Assembly: GCA_965228475.1 (NCBI GenBank)
Contig: OZ245817.1
Location: 3,584,001 to 3,648,000, forward strand
Source of the DNA: Myxococcota bacterium
GTDB taxonomy: Bacteria > Myxococcota_A > UBA9160 > JAFDDA01
Length of the DNA stretch: 64,000 bases
Direction: 5' to 3'
Shown here: positions 55,420 through 64,000 of the stretch, one piece after another
Layout of the letters: each line of letters starts with the position of its first letter
Numbering within the stretch: position 1 is the stretch's first letter
Notes under the pieces: model-generated
Database searches by the model: none
What the model was told of the DNA's origin: nothing
The model's input: the letters and a program-made list of their open reading frames with translations, nothing else
Translations under genes and position numbers: made by a program

Positions 55420-56628
55420 CTAGCGGGTCAGGAGGATCGCGCTGGCCAGGGGCCCGCCGCCGGCGGCCGCGACGGCGACCTGGGGCGTCGGCGCGACCTG
55501 CCGCTCGCCGCCCTCGCCCCAGAGCTGGACGCAGGCCTCGTGCAGGAAGCCGTAGCCGTGGAGGCGGCCCGCCGACAGCTGGCCGCCCTGGGTGTTCAGG
55601 GGGATCTCGCCGTCGCGCGCGATGCGCGTGCCGCCTTCGAGGAAGGGGCCGCCCTCCCCTTTTCCGCAGAAGCCGAGGGCTTCGAGCCAGGCCAGGGTGA
55701 TGAAGCTGAAGCCGTCGTAGAGCTCGGCGACGTCGACGTCCGCCGGCCGGAGGTCCGTCCGCTCCCAGAGCATGGCGGAGGCGTCGCGCAGGGCCATGGT
55801 CGTCAGGTCGTCCCACTGGTCCCAGGACGGACGCCCGTGGATGGCGGTGCCGACGGCCTCGACGCCGATCGCCGGCCGGCGGAGGTCCCCTGCCCTGTCC
55901 TTCCGCGAGACGATCACCGCCGTCGCGCCGTCGCACGGGACGTCGCAGTCGAACAGGCCGAGCGGGGTCGAGATCATGCGCGCGCCGAGGTAGTCGTCGA
56001 GACTCATCGGCTCGCGGTAGATCGCCGCCGGGTTGAGGGCGGCGTTCTTGCGCGCGTTGATCGCGATCTGCCCGAGCTGCTCGCGCGTGGTGCCGTACTC
56101 GTGGAAGTGTCGCTGGGCGCACAGGGCGATCCAGTTCGCGGCCGAGTAGGCGCGGAAGGGCAGCGACCACTCCATCGCTCCCGAGGGCCGGAAGCCGCGG
56201 CCGCCACCGCCGCCCGAAGGCAGGCCGATCCCCGAGCGGCCGCCCTTGCCCTGGGCCGTCGCCTCCCACACCGAGCGGAAGCACAGCACGTGGTTCGCGA
56301 GCCCGCCGGCCACCGCCATGCACGCGTTCACGACCGACCCGAGCTGGCCCGGCATCTCGAGGCCGCCCGTGTACCAGCGCAGGGAGAGCCGCAGCGCATC
56401 GTGGACCTCGGCCACGCCCGCCCCGGTGAAGCCCGGCGCACCACCCATGGCCCCGGGGTACGTCGCGATCCCGTCGACGTCCTCGCGGGTGAGGCCGGCG
56501 TCCTCGATGGCCGCGACGCAGGCGTCGAGCGTCAGGTCGAGGGGGTCGCGGTCGATCCGGCGGCCGATCTGCGACTGGCCGATCCCCGTGATGCAGGCCT
56601 TGCGCTCGGCGATTTCGCTCGCCGTCAC
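55420..56628 (-). CDS. Thiolase-like (SCP-x/Ltp type) protein
   Basis: TGIGQS, DCDVPCDG, ELYDGFS, NTQGGQLSAGRLHG. Confidence 0.88.
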   Translation of the reverse strand: MTASEIAERKACITGIGQSQIGRRIDRDPLDLTLDACVAAIEDAGLTREDVDGIATYPGAMGGAPGFTGAGVAEVHDALRLSLRWYTGGLEMPGQLGSVVNACMAVAGGLANHVLCFRSVWEATAQGKGGRSGIGLPSGGGGGRGFRPSGAMEWSLPFRAYSAANWIALCAQRHFHEYGTTREQLGQIAINARKNAALNPAAIYREPMSLDDYLGARMISTPLGLFDCDVPCDGATAVIVSRKDRAGDLRRPAIGVEAVGTAIHGRPSWDQWDDLTTMALRDASAMLWERTDLRPADVDVAELYDGFSFITLAWLEALGFCGKGEGGPFLEGGTRIARDGEIPLNTQGGQLSAGRLHGYGFLHEACVQLWGEGGERQVAPTPQVAVAAAGGGPLASAILLTR

Positions 56629-57068
56629 GCGGGCAGGGATCCCGAGCCGGGTTCGGGCTCGAACAGCGGGAACCAGACGTCGTCGTCGTGGGCTTCGAAG
56701 ACGACGCGAACGCGCATCCCGATCGTGACGTCCTCGGGCGCGCAGTGGACGACGTTCGTCATGAGCCGGAGCCCGGGCTGCTCGTCGAGCTCGACGATCG
56801 CCACCACGTAGGGATGGTCCGCCGAGGGGACCCAGGGCTGGTGGTTCAGGGTGAAGGTGTGGACGGTGCCGCGGCCGCTCACGGCTTCCGGCGCCACGTC
56901 CTTCGACCAGCAGGCGCCGCAGCGCGGTGCCGGCGGGTGGATGAACGCTTCGCAGGCCCGGCAGCGCAGGATGCGCAGGACCCCTTCGCGCCCGGAACGC
57001 CAGAAGTGCTCGTTGGCGGCGGTCACGCGCGGAAGCAGACGGAACGGGTTCTCGGGGGCCTCGGCCAT
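56625..57068 (-). CDS. DUF35 (Zn-ribbon/OB-fold) protein
   Basis: CRAC...HPP...CGAC, VSGRGTV.TFT, PYVVAIVELDEQ. Confidence 0.9.
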   Translation of the reverse strand: MAEAPENPFRLLPRVTAANEHFWRSGREGVLRILRCRACEAFIHPPAPRCGACWSKDVAPEAVSGRGTVHTFTLNHQPWVPSADHPYVVAIVELDEQPGLRLMTNVVHCAPEDVTIGMRVRVVFEAHDDDVWFPLFEPEPGSGSLPA

Positions 57069-57093
57069 CGGGCCGCAGTCTATCAGGCCGGAC

Positions 57094-58314
57094 CTAGAGC
57101 AGGTCGATCTGCCCGTCGAGGTAGGGGAGATCCATGATCGACTCGTTGCTCGCGCGGCGGCCGGCGGCGAGCTCGGTCACGACCTGGGCGATCGCGGGAT
57201 CCTCCCGGGAGAGCCGTTCGAAGTCGCTGCGCGGGAGCACGAGGGCCCAGCACTTGCCCTCGGCCATGCAGGCCGCGACCGCGGGCTCTCCGGTCACCAT
57301 GGACATCTCGCCGAACACGTCGCCGGGCTCGAGGCGAGCGAGGCGGCGGTCTCCGACCGCGTCCGAGTGGATCACGTCCACGCGGCCGGCGAGCAGCGCG
57401 AAGAGCCCTGGCGAGGGGTGCCCCTGCCGGACGAGCGCGGCGCCGTCCTTCATCTCGACGAAGCGGAAGCGGCGCGCCACCGCGTGGCGCTCGGCGCCGG
57501 GCAGCGAGGTGAAGAACGGGCTCGTGCGGACGAGGCGGTCGATCAGGCGATCGCGCACGTAGCCGAGCACGACCTCGAGCACCTTCGGCTCGGCGCGCAT
57601 CAGATCCGAGAGCAGACGGCGGTCCACCGCGAGGAGCTTCGTATCGACGAGGGCCTCGATGGTGGCGCTGCGCGGCCGTTCGGTGAGGAGCGAGATCTCT
57701 CCGAAGAAGTCTCCTTCTTCGAGCACCGCGAGCTTCTTGCGCGGCTCGCCTTCGGCCACGGGGACGACGGCGCCCTCGGCGATCACGTAGAGCGTGTCGC
57801 CCGGGTCGCCCTGGTGGAAGAGCTCGTGGTCCGCGGCGAGCTCCACGAGGCGCGCCCCGTCGATCAGGCGGCGCAGGCTCGCGCTGTCGAGACTCTCGAA
57901 GAGCGGGGTGCGCGGGAGCGTGTCGCGCGCCCAGCGGCGCGCGTCGTCGCCGCTCGTCTCCTTCCAGTCGAGCTCGATCTCGACCATCGGCTGGGCGGTC
58001 ATCTCGTTGTCGAGGGAGAGCGCCGGGGCCTCTTCCATGACGTCCTCGAGCACGAGTTCGTCGAGGGGGGCACCCTTCTCGAGCTCCACCGGCGGCCGCT
58101 CGGGAACCGGCGTCTCGTCGGCGTGAAGCTTCTCGCAGAGCGCCTCGATGCGTTCCTTCGTCCCCGGGTGATCGGGGTCGACCAGGAGGATCCGCTTGCA
58201 GGCGGCGATCGCCTTCAGCGGGGAGTTCTCCCGCTCGTGCCGTTTCACCGCCCGTTCGAGCGTCTTGATGCGGGCGGCGTCGTCGCGAACCGGAAGCGGA
58301 GTCGGGTCACTCAT
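57094..58314 (-). CDS. Tandem cyclic-nucleotide-binding domain protein with TPR-like N-terminus
   Basis: LFHQGDPGD.LYVI, FFGEISLL...PRSATI; second domain VFGEMS. Confidence 0.88.
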   Translation of the reverse strand: MSDPTPLPVRDDAARIKTLERAVKRHERENSPLKAIAACKRILLVDPDHPGTKERIEALCEKLHADETPVPERPPVELEKGAPLDELVLEDVMEEAPALSLDNEMTAQPMVEIELDWKETSGDDARRWARDTLPRTPLFESLDSASLRRLIDGARLVELAADHELFHQGDPGDTLYVIAEGAVVPVAEGEPRKKLAVLEEGDFFGEISLLTERPRSATIEALVDTKLLAVDRRLLSDLMRAEPKVLEVVLGYVRDRLIDRLVRTSPFFTSLPGAERHAVARRFRFVEMKDGAALVRQGHPSPGLFALLAGRVDVIHSDAVGDRRLARLEPGDVFGEMSMVTGEPAVAACMAEGKCWALVLPRSDFERLSREDPAIAQVVTELAAGRRASNESIMDLPYLDGQIDLL

Positions 58315-58357
58315 CGCCCTTCGTTATCGGCCACCTCGGGCTCGCCTTGACGCGCGC

Positions 58358-60595
58358 CTACTTGTCCGAGGCTTCGTGGACGCCTTCCCAGTCCGCGGCA
58401 GCCGGCGCGGACCCGTTCGCGGTGAGACGCTCCGAGTGAAGACCCCAGAGCGTCTCCAGGGAACCATCGAGCTCCCGGCAGCGGGCGAGGGCTTCGCGGG
58501 CTTCGGCCCAGCGGCCGGCGCGGTAGGCCGCCAGGAAGGCTTCGTTGGCATCGAGGAGCGCGAGATAGGCGGTCCCACCGGCGACGTCGGCGCCGCCGAG
58601 GAGCGCGTGGACGGGCTCGGCCTGGGCGCGGCCCTTCACGCGCAGCCGATCGAGTTCGAGGGTCGCGAAGCCCTCGAGCGCCTGGCTCGTGCGGTCCCCG
58701 ACGATGATCGGAAGGCCGTAGGTCTTCGACTGGCCTTCGAGCCGGGAGGCCAGGTTCACCTCGTCGCTGATCACCGAGTAGTCGAAGCGCTGGTCCGAGC
58801 CGAAGTTTCCGACGCAGCACGGCCCCGTGTTGATTCCGATGCCCATGCGCAGACGCGGAACCTTCGAGGACCCGGCCGCGGCCTCGGCGGCGAGGGTCTC
58901 GTTCAGGCGGCCGAGCTCGGCCTCCATCTCGAGCGCCGCTTCGCAGGCATGCCGTGCGTGCTCCGGATCTTCGAGCGGCGCGTTCCAGAACGCCATGATG
59001 CAGTCGCCCATGTACTTGTCGATCGTTCCGCCGTGGTCGAGGATCACGCGCGTCATGGGCGTGAGGAAGCGGTTCACGAGGCTCGTGAGCTCCTCCGGAT
59101 CGAGCTGCTCCGAGATGGTGGTGAAGCCGCGGATGTCGCAGAAGAGCACGGTCATCTCGCGCGTCTCGCCGCCGAGCCGGAGCAGGCCGGGATCCCGCGC
59201 GAGTTCCTCGACCAGGCGCGGCGCGACGTAGCGTCCGAAGGCGGACCGGACCTCGCGCCGCTCGCCTTCGGTGCGAAGGAAGGCCGAGAGCGAACCCGTC
59301 AGGTAGACGAACACGATCGCCGTCCAGGCGTAGACCGGGGCGACGAGCCAGAGGTGCTCGCGGAAGGCCCAGTAGGAGAAGCCGCCGGCAAGGACGAGGC
59401 CCGCGACCCCGATCCCGGCGCACCAGAGCGCGCCGACCCGGGGCAGCAGGACGATCAGCAGCAGGCCGATCGCGAGGATGCCCAGGAACTCGGCGCCCTT
59501 CGCCCAGTCCGGCCGCTCGAGGTAGTGCCCGGTCAGCACCTGCTCGACGAGCTCCGCGTGGAGCTGGACGCCCGGCGTGGCCGGGTCGCGCGGCGTGGCC
59601 CGGATGTCCTTCAACCCCTCCGCGCTCGTCCCGACGAACACGATGTGCCCGGCCAGGAGCTCCGGGTTCACGCTGCCGTCGAGCACCTGCCAGGCCGGCA
59701 CGTAGCGCTCGGGCACGGCCTCGGTGAAGTGGATCCAGACGCGGCCGTTGCGGTCCGTCGGGATCTGCACTTCGCGGCCGATGCGGATCTCGACGATGCC
59801 GGAGCCCGCGCCGAAGGCATCCGTCCCGCCCGCGTTCGAGGACTTCACCAGGTAGGAGCCTCCGGCGGTCGCCACGCGCAGCGCCTCGGCAGCGAGCGAG
59901 GGGTGCAGCACCTCGCCGTGGCGGAAGAGCAAGGGCACGCGGCGGAGCACGCCGTCGCGCTCGGGCCAGGGCAAGGCGAAGGAGCCCGCGCCACTCGCCG
60001 CCTCGTGCAGCGCCGGCAGGTTCGGGACCCCGCCGAGGAGATCCGGAAGGAAGCGCCGCGGGTCGTCGCCGAGGTGGCTCACGCCCGCTTTCGGCTCGGG
60101 CACGCGCCCTCCGGCGTGATCCATGAGCACGAAGCCCGCGACCACGCGCATCTCCCGGAAGGCCTGGGCGAAGACGGCGTCGTGATCGGGCAGGCCTTCG
60201 GCCCGGGCGGTGAACTCCGCGTCGGCGCTCTCCGCCCAGAGGGGAAGGACCTGCGCCGGGGAGGTGCGGTCGGGTTCCGCGAAGACGACGTCGAACGCCA
60301 CGACGGCGACGTCGAGCCGCGCGAGCGCTCGCACCAGCTCCGCCAGGTGGGTCCGCGGCCAGGGCCATTGCCCCATGCGCTGGAGGCTCGCGTCGTCGAT
60401 GTCGATGATCCGCACGGGCAGCGGCTCGTAGACGCGCGGGTGCCAGCGCTGATACGTGTCGAAGACCGCGAGCTCGGCGCGCTCGAGGATCGGTGGCTCG
60501 AAGAAGCGGAGCGAGAGCGCGCCGGCGAGCGCCGCGAGAGAAGCCCACGTGGCGATCGAAGGCAGCGCCCACGCGAATCGGCTTCGAGGTTTCAT
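58358..60595 (-). CDS. CHASE2-domain class III adenylate/guanylate cyclase
   Basis: IDID..SL...GQWPWPR, FDVVFAEPD, 3 TM segments, FCDIRGFT, DKYMGDCIMAFW, VNLASRLEG. Confidence 0.93.
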   Translation of the reverse strand: MKPRSRFAWALPSIATWASLAALAGALSLRFFEPPILERAELAVFDTYQRWHPRVYEPLPVRIIDIDDASLQRMGQWPWPRTHLAELVRALARLDVAVVAFDVVFAEPDRTSPAQVLPLWAESADAEFTARAEGLPDHDAVFAQAFREMRVVAGFVLMDHAGGRVPEPKAGVSHLGDDPRRFLPDLLGGVPNLPALHEAASGAGSFALPWPERDGVLRRVPLLFRHGEVLHPSLAAEALRVATAGGSYLVKSSNAGGTDAFGAGSGIVEIRIGREVQIPTDRNGRVWIHFTEAVPERYVPAWQVLDGSVNPELLAGHIVFVGTSAEGLKDIRATPRDPATPGVQLHAELVEQVLTGHYLERPDWAKGAEFLGILAIGLLLIVLLPRVGALWCAGIGVAGLVLAGGFSYWAFREHLWLVAPVYAWTAIVFVYLTGSLSAFLRTEGERREVRSAFGRYVAPRLVEELARDPGLLRLGGETREMTVLFCDIRGFTTISEQLDPEELTSLVNRFLTPMTRVILDHGGTIDKYMGDCIMAFWNAPLEDPEHARHACEAALEMEAELGRLNETLAAEAAAGSSKVPRLRMGIGINTGPCCVGNFGSDQRFDYSVISDEVNLASRLEGQSKTYGLPIIVGDRTSQALEGFATLELDRLRVKGRAQAEPVHALLGGADVAGGTAYLALLDANEAFLAAYRAGRWAEAREALARCRELDGSLETLWGLHSERLTANGSAPAAADWEGVHEASDK

Positions 60596-60666
60596 CAGGA
60601 GATGGTTCCGAAATCGCGCCCGGCGGCGCAAGGGCCGGGATCGACTCCCGGACGCCGGCGCGAAGT

Positions 60667-61998
60667 TCAGGGGACGAAGAAGCCCGGGATCCGGCCGAGG
60701 TCGCCGGTGAGGACCGGCCCGCCGGGCTGCGACACGCTCACCTTCGCGGCGATCTCCGCGGCCACCTGCCCGTTCACGTTCAGCACGTCGGCGTTCACGA
60801 GCACGAAGCAGGGCAGGCAGCTCGGGCTGTGATTGAAGCTCGTCGGGATCGCGAAGATCGCGTTGCCGCCGTTCCCTGCCGCGAAGTCGGTCGCGACGGC
60901 GTTCAGCACGACCCCGTTGCCGGGGAAGAGGCCGAGCACCGGCGAGGTGATGTTCTGCATGCCGAAGGAGGCGAGCTGCTGGCCGAAGTCGAGCACGAAG
61001 CCGAAGTCGAAACCGCCGCCCGAGGCGAAGCTCACCCCGGGCTGGTTGTAGACCGCCATGCCGGTGTTGATCGCGTTGAGCTGTTCGATGGTCGCGATCT
61101 GGACCCCTCCCTGGAAGGGGAGCTGCCCGGCCACGGTGTCGACCTGGTTGACGTTCGTGAGCTGCCCGACGTCCGCGAGGATCTGCTTGCTGAACTGGGC
61201 GCCGACGGCCGTGCCCTGGCCCGAGATCTTCGTCGCCGTCGGGGCGTTGGTCGGGGCCGCGGCGAGCACCGCCTGGGGCCGCGGCCGGTTCCGCTTCGCT
61301 TGCACCCGAGGTTTCGGAGCCGGAGGCTGCGCCTCGAGGTCGCCCTCGATCTTCACGAGTTCGGGAAGCTTCATCTGGAACGGGTCGCTCGGCGGCCCGC
61401 CGCCTGCAGGGAGCCGCGTCGCCCAGTTGGCGCGCACGAGGTCGACGGTGCGCCCGCCGCTCTCGATGCGCACGGCGCCGACGCGGTCCTGCCCGTTGGC
61501 GTTGCGGCCGGGTCCGAGCAGTACGATGACGGCGCTGCCGTCGTCCTCGACCTTCCCCGCGACGATCGTTCCGCGGATGCCGATCGTGCCGGTCGGCAGG
61601 CGCAGCCGGACGTCGTCGGGCCGATCCTTGGCGATCCGGCCCGAGACGAAGCGGAAGACGCCCCGGACGATCTGGGCATCGAGCTTGCCCTTGCGGCTCT
61701 TCGGGTCGTAGACGAACTCGTCGATCGCGATCTCGCTGTCCGGCCCGAGGGTGAAGACGGTCTCGTCCAGCAGCAGCACCTGCATGCCGGAATCGCCGCC
61801 GCTGCGCAGGGCATCGGCCAGGTAGATCTTCTCTCCGCTCGCGACGCCCCGTGCGGCTTCCTGCGCGCGGGCGAGTTCGACGGAGCCCCGAACCGCCGCG
61901 GAGACGCCGGCCAGCTCGGCCGCCGGCGAGGCCGATGCGAAGCCCATCGCCGCGCATGCGGACAGCGCGGCGAAGCGAAGGGAAGAGAGACGGCTCAT
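60667..61998 (-). CDS. Exported FecR-domain protein
   Basis: Signal peptide; D.T.F.LG..SE..IDEFVYDP, G.FRFVSG.IAK, GTIGIRGT; GAGGAG RBS. Confidence 0.87.
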   Translation of the reverse strand: MSRLSSLRFAALSACAAMGFASASPAAELAGVSAAVRGSVELARAQEAARGVASGEKIYLADALRSGGDSGMQVLLLDETVFTLGPDSEIAIDEFVYDPKSRKGKLDAQIVRGVFRFVSGRIAKDRPDDVRLRLPTGTIGIRGTIVAGKVEDDGSAVIVLLGPGRNANGQDRVGAVRIESGGRTVDLVRANWATRLPAGGGPPSDPFQMKLPELVKIEGDLEAQPPAPKPRVQAKRNRPRPQAVLAAAPTNAPTATKISGQGTAVGAQFSKQILADVGQLTNVNQVDTVAGQLPFQGGVQIATIEQLNAINTGMAVYNQPGVSFASGGGFDFGFVLDFGQQLASFGMQNITSPVLGLFPGNGVVLNAVATDFAAGNGGNAIFAIPTSFNHSPSCLPCFVLVNADVLNVNGQVAAEIAAKVSVSQPGGPVLTGDLGRIPGFFVP

Positions 61999-62015
61999 GC
62001 GGGGCTCCTCGGGCA

Positions 62016-63479
62016 TCAGAAGGACCACTGGCGCGAGATCGCCAGGGAGACCTTGGTGTCGTCGTAGGTGTAGTTCGTGAGGTTCGACTCGACGCGGTAG
62101 TAGTCGGCGCCCACGGTGAGAACGGTGCCGGAGGCGATCTCCGCGGCGCGGCGCCAGGGCATGAGGCTCTCGAGCGGAACGCCGATCACGACGTTCGCCC
62201 GGGCGCGCACGTCGCGGCGCCGGCGTTTCGTGCTGATGCGTCGGTCGGCACGCCAGTAGCTGTCTCGCCCCGCCAGGACCTGCGTCATCAGGAACCGTCC
62301 GGACCCGAGCAGCCAGGTGTGGCGCAGACGGAGTTCGGGGCCGTCGTAGGAGAAGACGTCGTTGGTGCGGGGCGTCGCGCTGCCGCGGGCGTCCTTCACC
62401 AGGTAGAGGAAGTCGCCGTCGAGCTGGTGGGTCGGCCGCGGGCGGAAGCTCGCACCGACGCGCGCTTCGGCCCGGACGCCGGTGTGCTCGTTCGACGTCG
62501 CGCTCTGCCGGATCGCGTCGTAGTCCTGCCATTCGCCCCGGACCCCGAAGCGCTGCGAGAAGCGCGGCGAAACGGAGCGGTCGACGGCGATGTCGAGGCC
62601 GGCCGTCTTCAAGAACGTCTCCGAGGAGAGCTGGATCACGCTGCCGACGACGCGCGGCGTGACGTCGGCCACGCGCGTTCGGTACCGGCCGCCGAGATCC
62701 AGGGCGTAGGCCCGGGTGTTGAAGTCTCCGAGGTCGAGCTGCTGGGAGACGTAGGTCGAGAAGGAGCCGAGGAGCACGTGCCCCTCGTGGAGTCCGAGGT
62801 CGTGTTCGAAGCCGGCCTGGGCGAGGCCGTAGAAGGCGAAGTCGTCCTGCTCGCGCGAGGAGGAGACGAGGTCGAGCTCGAGCCGCGCGCCTCCGAGCTG
62901 GATCAGCCGCGAACCCGAGAGCGGCGCGCTGTTGCGATTGGTCTCGTAGTTGGCACCGAAGGTCAGGGAGGTATCGACACGCGTCCGGCGTTGGCTGCGC
63001 GCGACCTGCTTGCGGTAGCGCTCGACCTCCGCGCGCTCGGTCTCGCTGAGCGGCCCGTCGGCGAGCGTGTCGAGCTCGCGCTCGGCCTCGACGAGAGAGT
63101 CGAGGCGGTAGAGGACGATCGCGTAGAGCAGGCGGACGCCGGCGAGGTCCGGTTTCAGCAGGAGGATGCGCTCGAGCGTCGCGGCGGCGCCGCGCAGCTC
63201 GCCCTCGCGCACCTGCTTGCGCGCCCAGCGGTAGCTCGTCTCGATGTCGTCGGGGTTCGCGAGCACGTCGGCCCACGTGACGTCTTCCCCTTCGAGCGCA
63301 GCCAGGGCCTCGGCCTCGGCGCGGGCCTCGCGCTGGGCGGCGAGCCGGTCCGCACCCTGGCGGAGCCGCTCGTCCTGGTCGCGGGCCGTGCTCTGGCCCT
63401 CGACCGGCAGCCCGAACGCAACGGTGAGAGCGAGAAAGACCCCGGCGCACGGCGTGCGCCAACGAAGCTGCGGCGACAA
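62016..63479 (-). CDS. TPR plus outer-membrane beta-barrel (SLAM/DUF560-like)
   Basis: A.A.LERIL...P TPR, YETN.NSAP barrel start, alternating beta-strands, C-terminal WSF. Confidence 0.8.
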   Translation of the reverse strand: MSPQLRWRTPCAGVFLALTVAFGLPVEGQSTARDQDERLRQGADRLAAQREARAEAEALAALEGEDVTWADVLANPDDIETSYRWARKQVREGELRGAAATLERILLLKPDLAGVRLLYAIVLYRLDSLVEAERELDTLADGPLSETERAEVERYRKQVARSQRRTRVDTSLTFGANYETNRNSAPLSGSRLIQLGGARLELDLVSSSREQDDFAFYGLAQAGFEHDLGLHEGHVLLGSFSTYVSQQLDLGDFNTRAYALDLGGRYRTRVADVTPRVVGSVIQLSSETFLKTAGLDIAVDRSVSPRFSQRFGVRGEWQDYDAIRQSATSNEHTGVRAEARVGASFRPRPTHQLDGDFLYLVKDARGSATPRTNDVFSYDGPELRLRHTWLLGSGRFLMTQVLAGRDSYWRADRRISTKRRRRDVRARANVVIGVPLESLMPWRRAAEIASGTVLTVGADYYRVESNLTNYTYDDTKVSLAISRQWSF

Positions 63480-63635
63480 AGCGGTGTTCCCCCCGCCCCG
63501 AAATCGGCCGCCGGCGCCCTATTCCTGAGGGAAAGCGGGCGGCTCTCGCATCTCGTGCACAAAGTGGGGGGATTTCAACTCAAGCCGGCGGGACGCTCGG
63601 CCGTTCCTCCCCTCAATCGCAATGAGGAGTCCGAC

Positions 63636-64000
63636 ATGAGGAGCTTCCCCCGCTCTTCCAGCATCCCCCCGACCCGCGAGCCCGAAGGCGCGCCGGTCCA
63701 CATGCCCGCCTGGGACCTGCCCGGCGTGCGAGAGATCCGCGCCACGCCGCCTGAGCAGGCGAACCTGGGCCTCGGCTGGGCGGCGGTCGTCTTCTGCACC
63801 TTCGGTGCGCCCCCCGCGCTGGTCCTCGCGGGTCTGGTGGCCGGCGGTGAAGCGCCGGTCGGCTTCTGGGTCGCGGCCTGCGGCTTCTTCTTCCTGGGCC
63901 TCGGCCTCTCGCTGACGCTTCGTCCGCTTCCCCCGCGCCGGGTCTTCCGCCCGCGCGGCGCGCCCACGAAGGGCGGTGCCCGGAAGGCCATGGCAGCCCG
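63636..64000 (+). CDS. Hypothetical membrane protein (3' truncated by window)
   Basis: GAGGAG RBS, ATG at 63636, open to window end, two hydrophobic segments. Confidence 0.5.
   Translation, partial: MRSFPRSSSIPPTREPEGAPVHMPAWDLPGVREIRATPPEQANLGLGWAAVVFCTFGAPPALVLAGLVAGGEAPVGFWVAACGFFFLGLGLSLTLRPLPPRRVFRPRGAPTKGGARKAMAA

Noticed and set aside
58358..63462. 1199-aa and 931-aa ORFs suggesting FecR-cyclase or barrel-FecR fusions or frameshifts
   Set aside because: Each real gene has its own start and stop (60595, 61998, 63479); the extensions are shadow sequence
63519..63991. Minus-strand 60-aa and 138-aa ORFs at window end
   Set aside because: Low-complexity translations; the plus-strand frame from 63636 has an RBS and TM segments and is more plausible
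1..64000. CRISPR array, rRNA, tRNA, riboswitch
   Set aside because: No regularly spaced repeats or recognisable RNA signatures by eye; intergenic gaps are short. An Infernal/tRNAscan run would be needed to exclude small RNAs

Overview
This 64-kb window comes from a very GC-rich bacterium with an outer membrane (OM beta-barrel, lipoproteins, bactofilin). A Myxococcota/Binatota-like lineage is inferred, not shown. About 59 densely packed genes are dominated by lipid/steroid-type CoA catabolism: 3 cytochromes P450 (each beside a TetR gene and a palindromic operator), 4 enoyl-CoA hydratases, 3 acyl-CoA synthetases, paired acyl-CoA dehydrogenases, thiolase-like/DUF35 pairs, SDRs and 2 LLM/F420-type oxidoreductases. 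Main highlights: (i) a compositionally foreign ~2.7-kb islet (6809-9535) carrying a higB toxin / HigA-ImmA(IrrE) peptidase / Beta-family operon, a candidate undescribed anti-phage or stress-triggered toxin system; (ii) a 1279-aa four-domain fusion (FGGY kinase, D-2-hydroxyacid dehydrogenase, SCP2, class II aldolase) translationally coupled to a P450 and an acyl-CoA synthetase; (iii) a perfect KstR-type box; (iv) a beta-propeller/di-haem lipoprotein with a CX6CH motif and a lipoprotein with kinase motifs; (v) a PhlABC-like HMGS-DUF35/thiolase pair; (vi) a hybrid histidine kinase with a degenerate ATP site; (vii) a SLAM-like/FecR/CHASE2 cyclase/cNMP-binding module; (viii) many apparently leaderless genes. 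I saw no rRNA, tRNA, CRISPR array, integrase or transposase. All family calls are by motif recognition, not database search.
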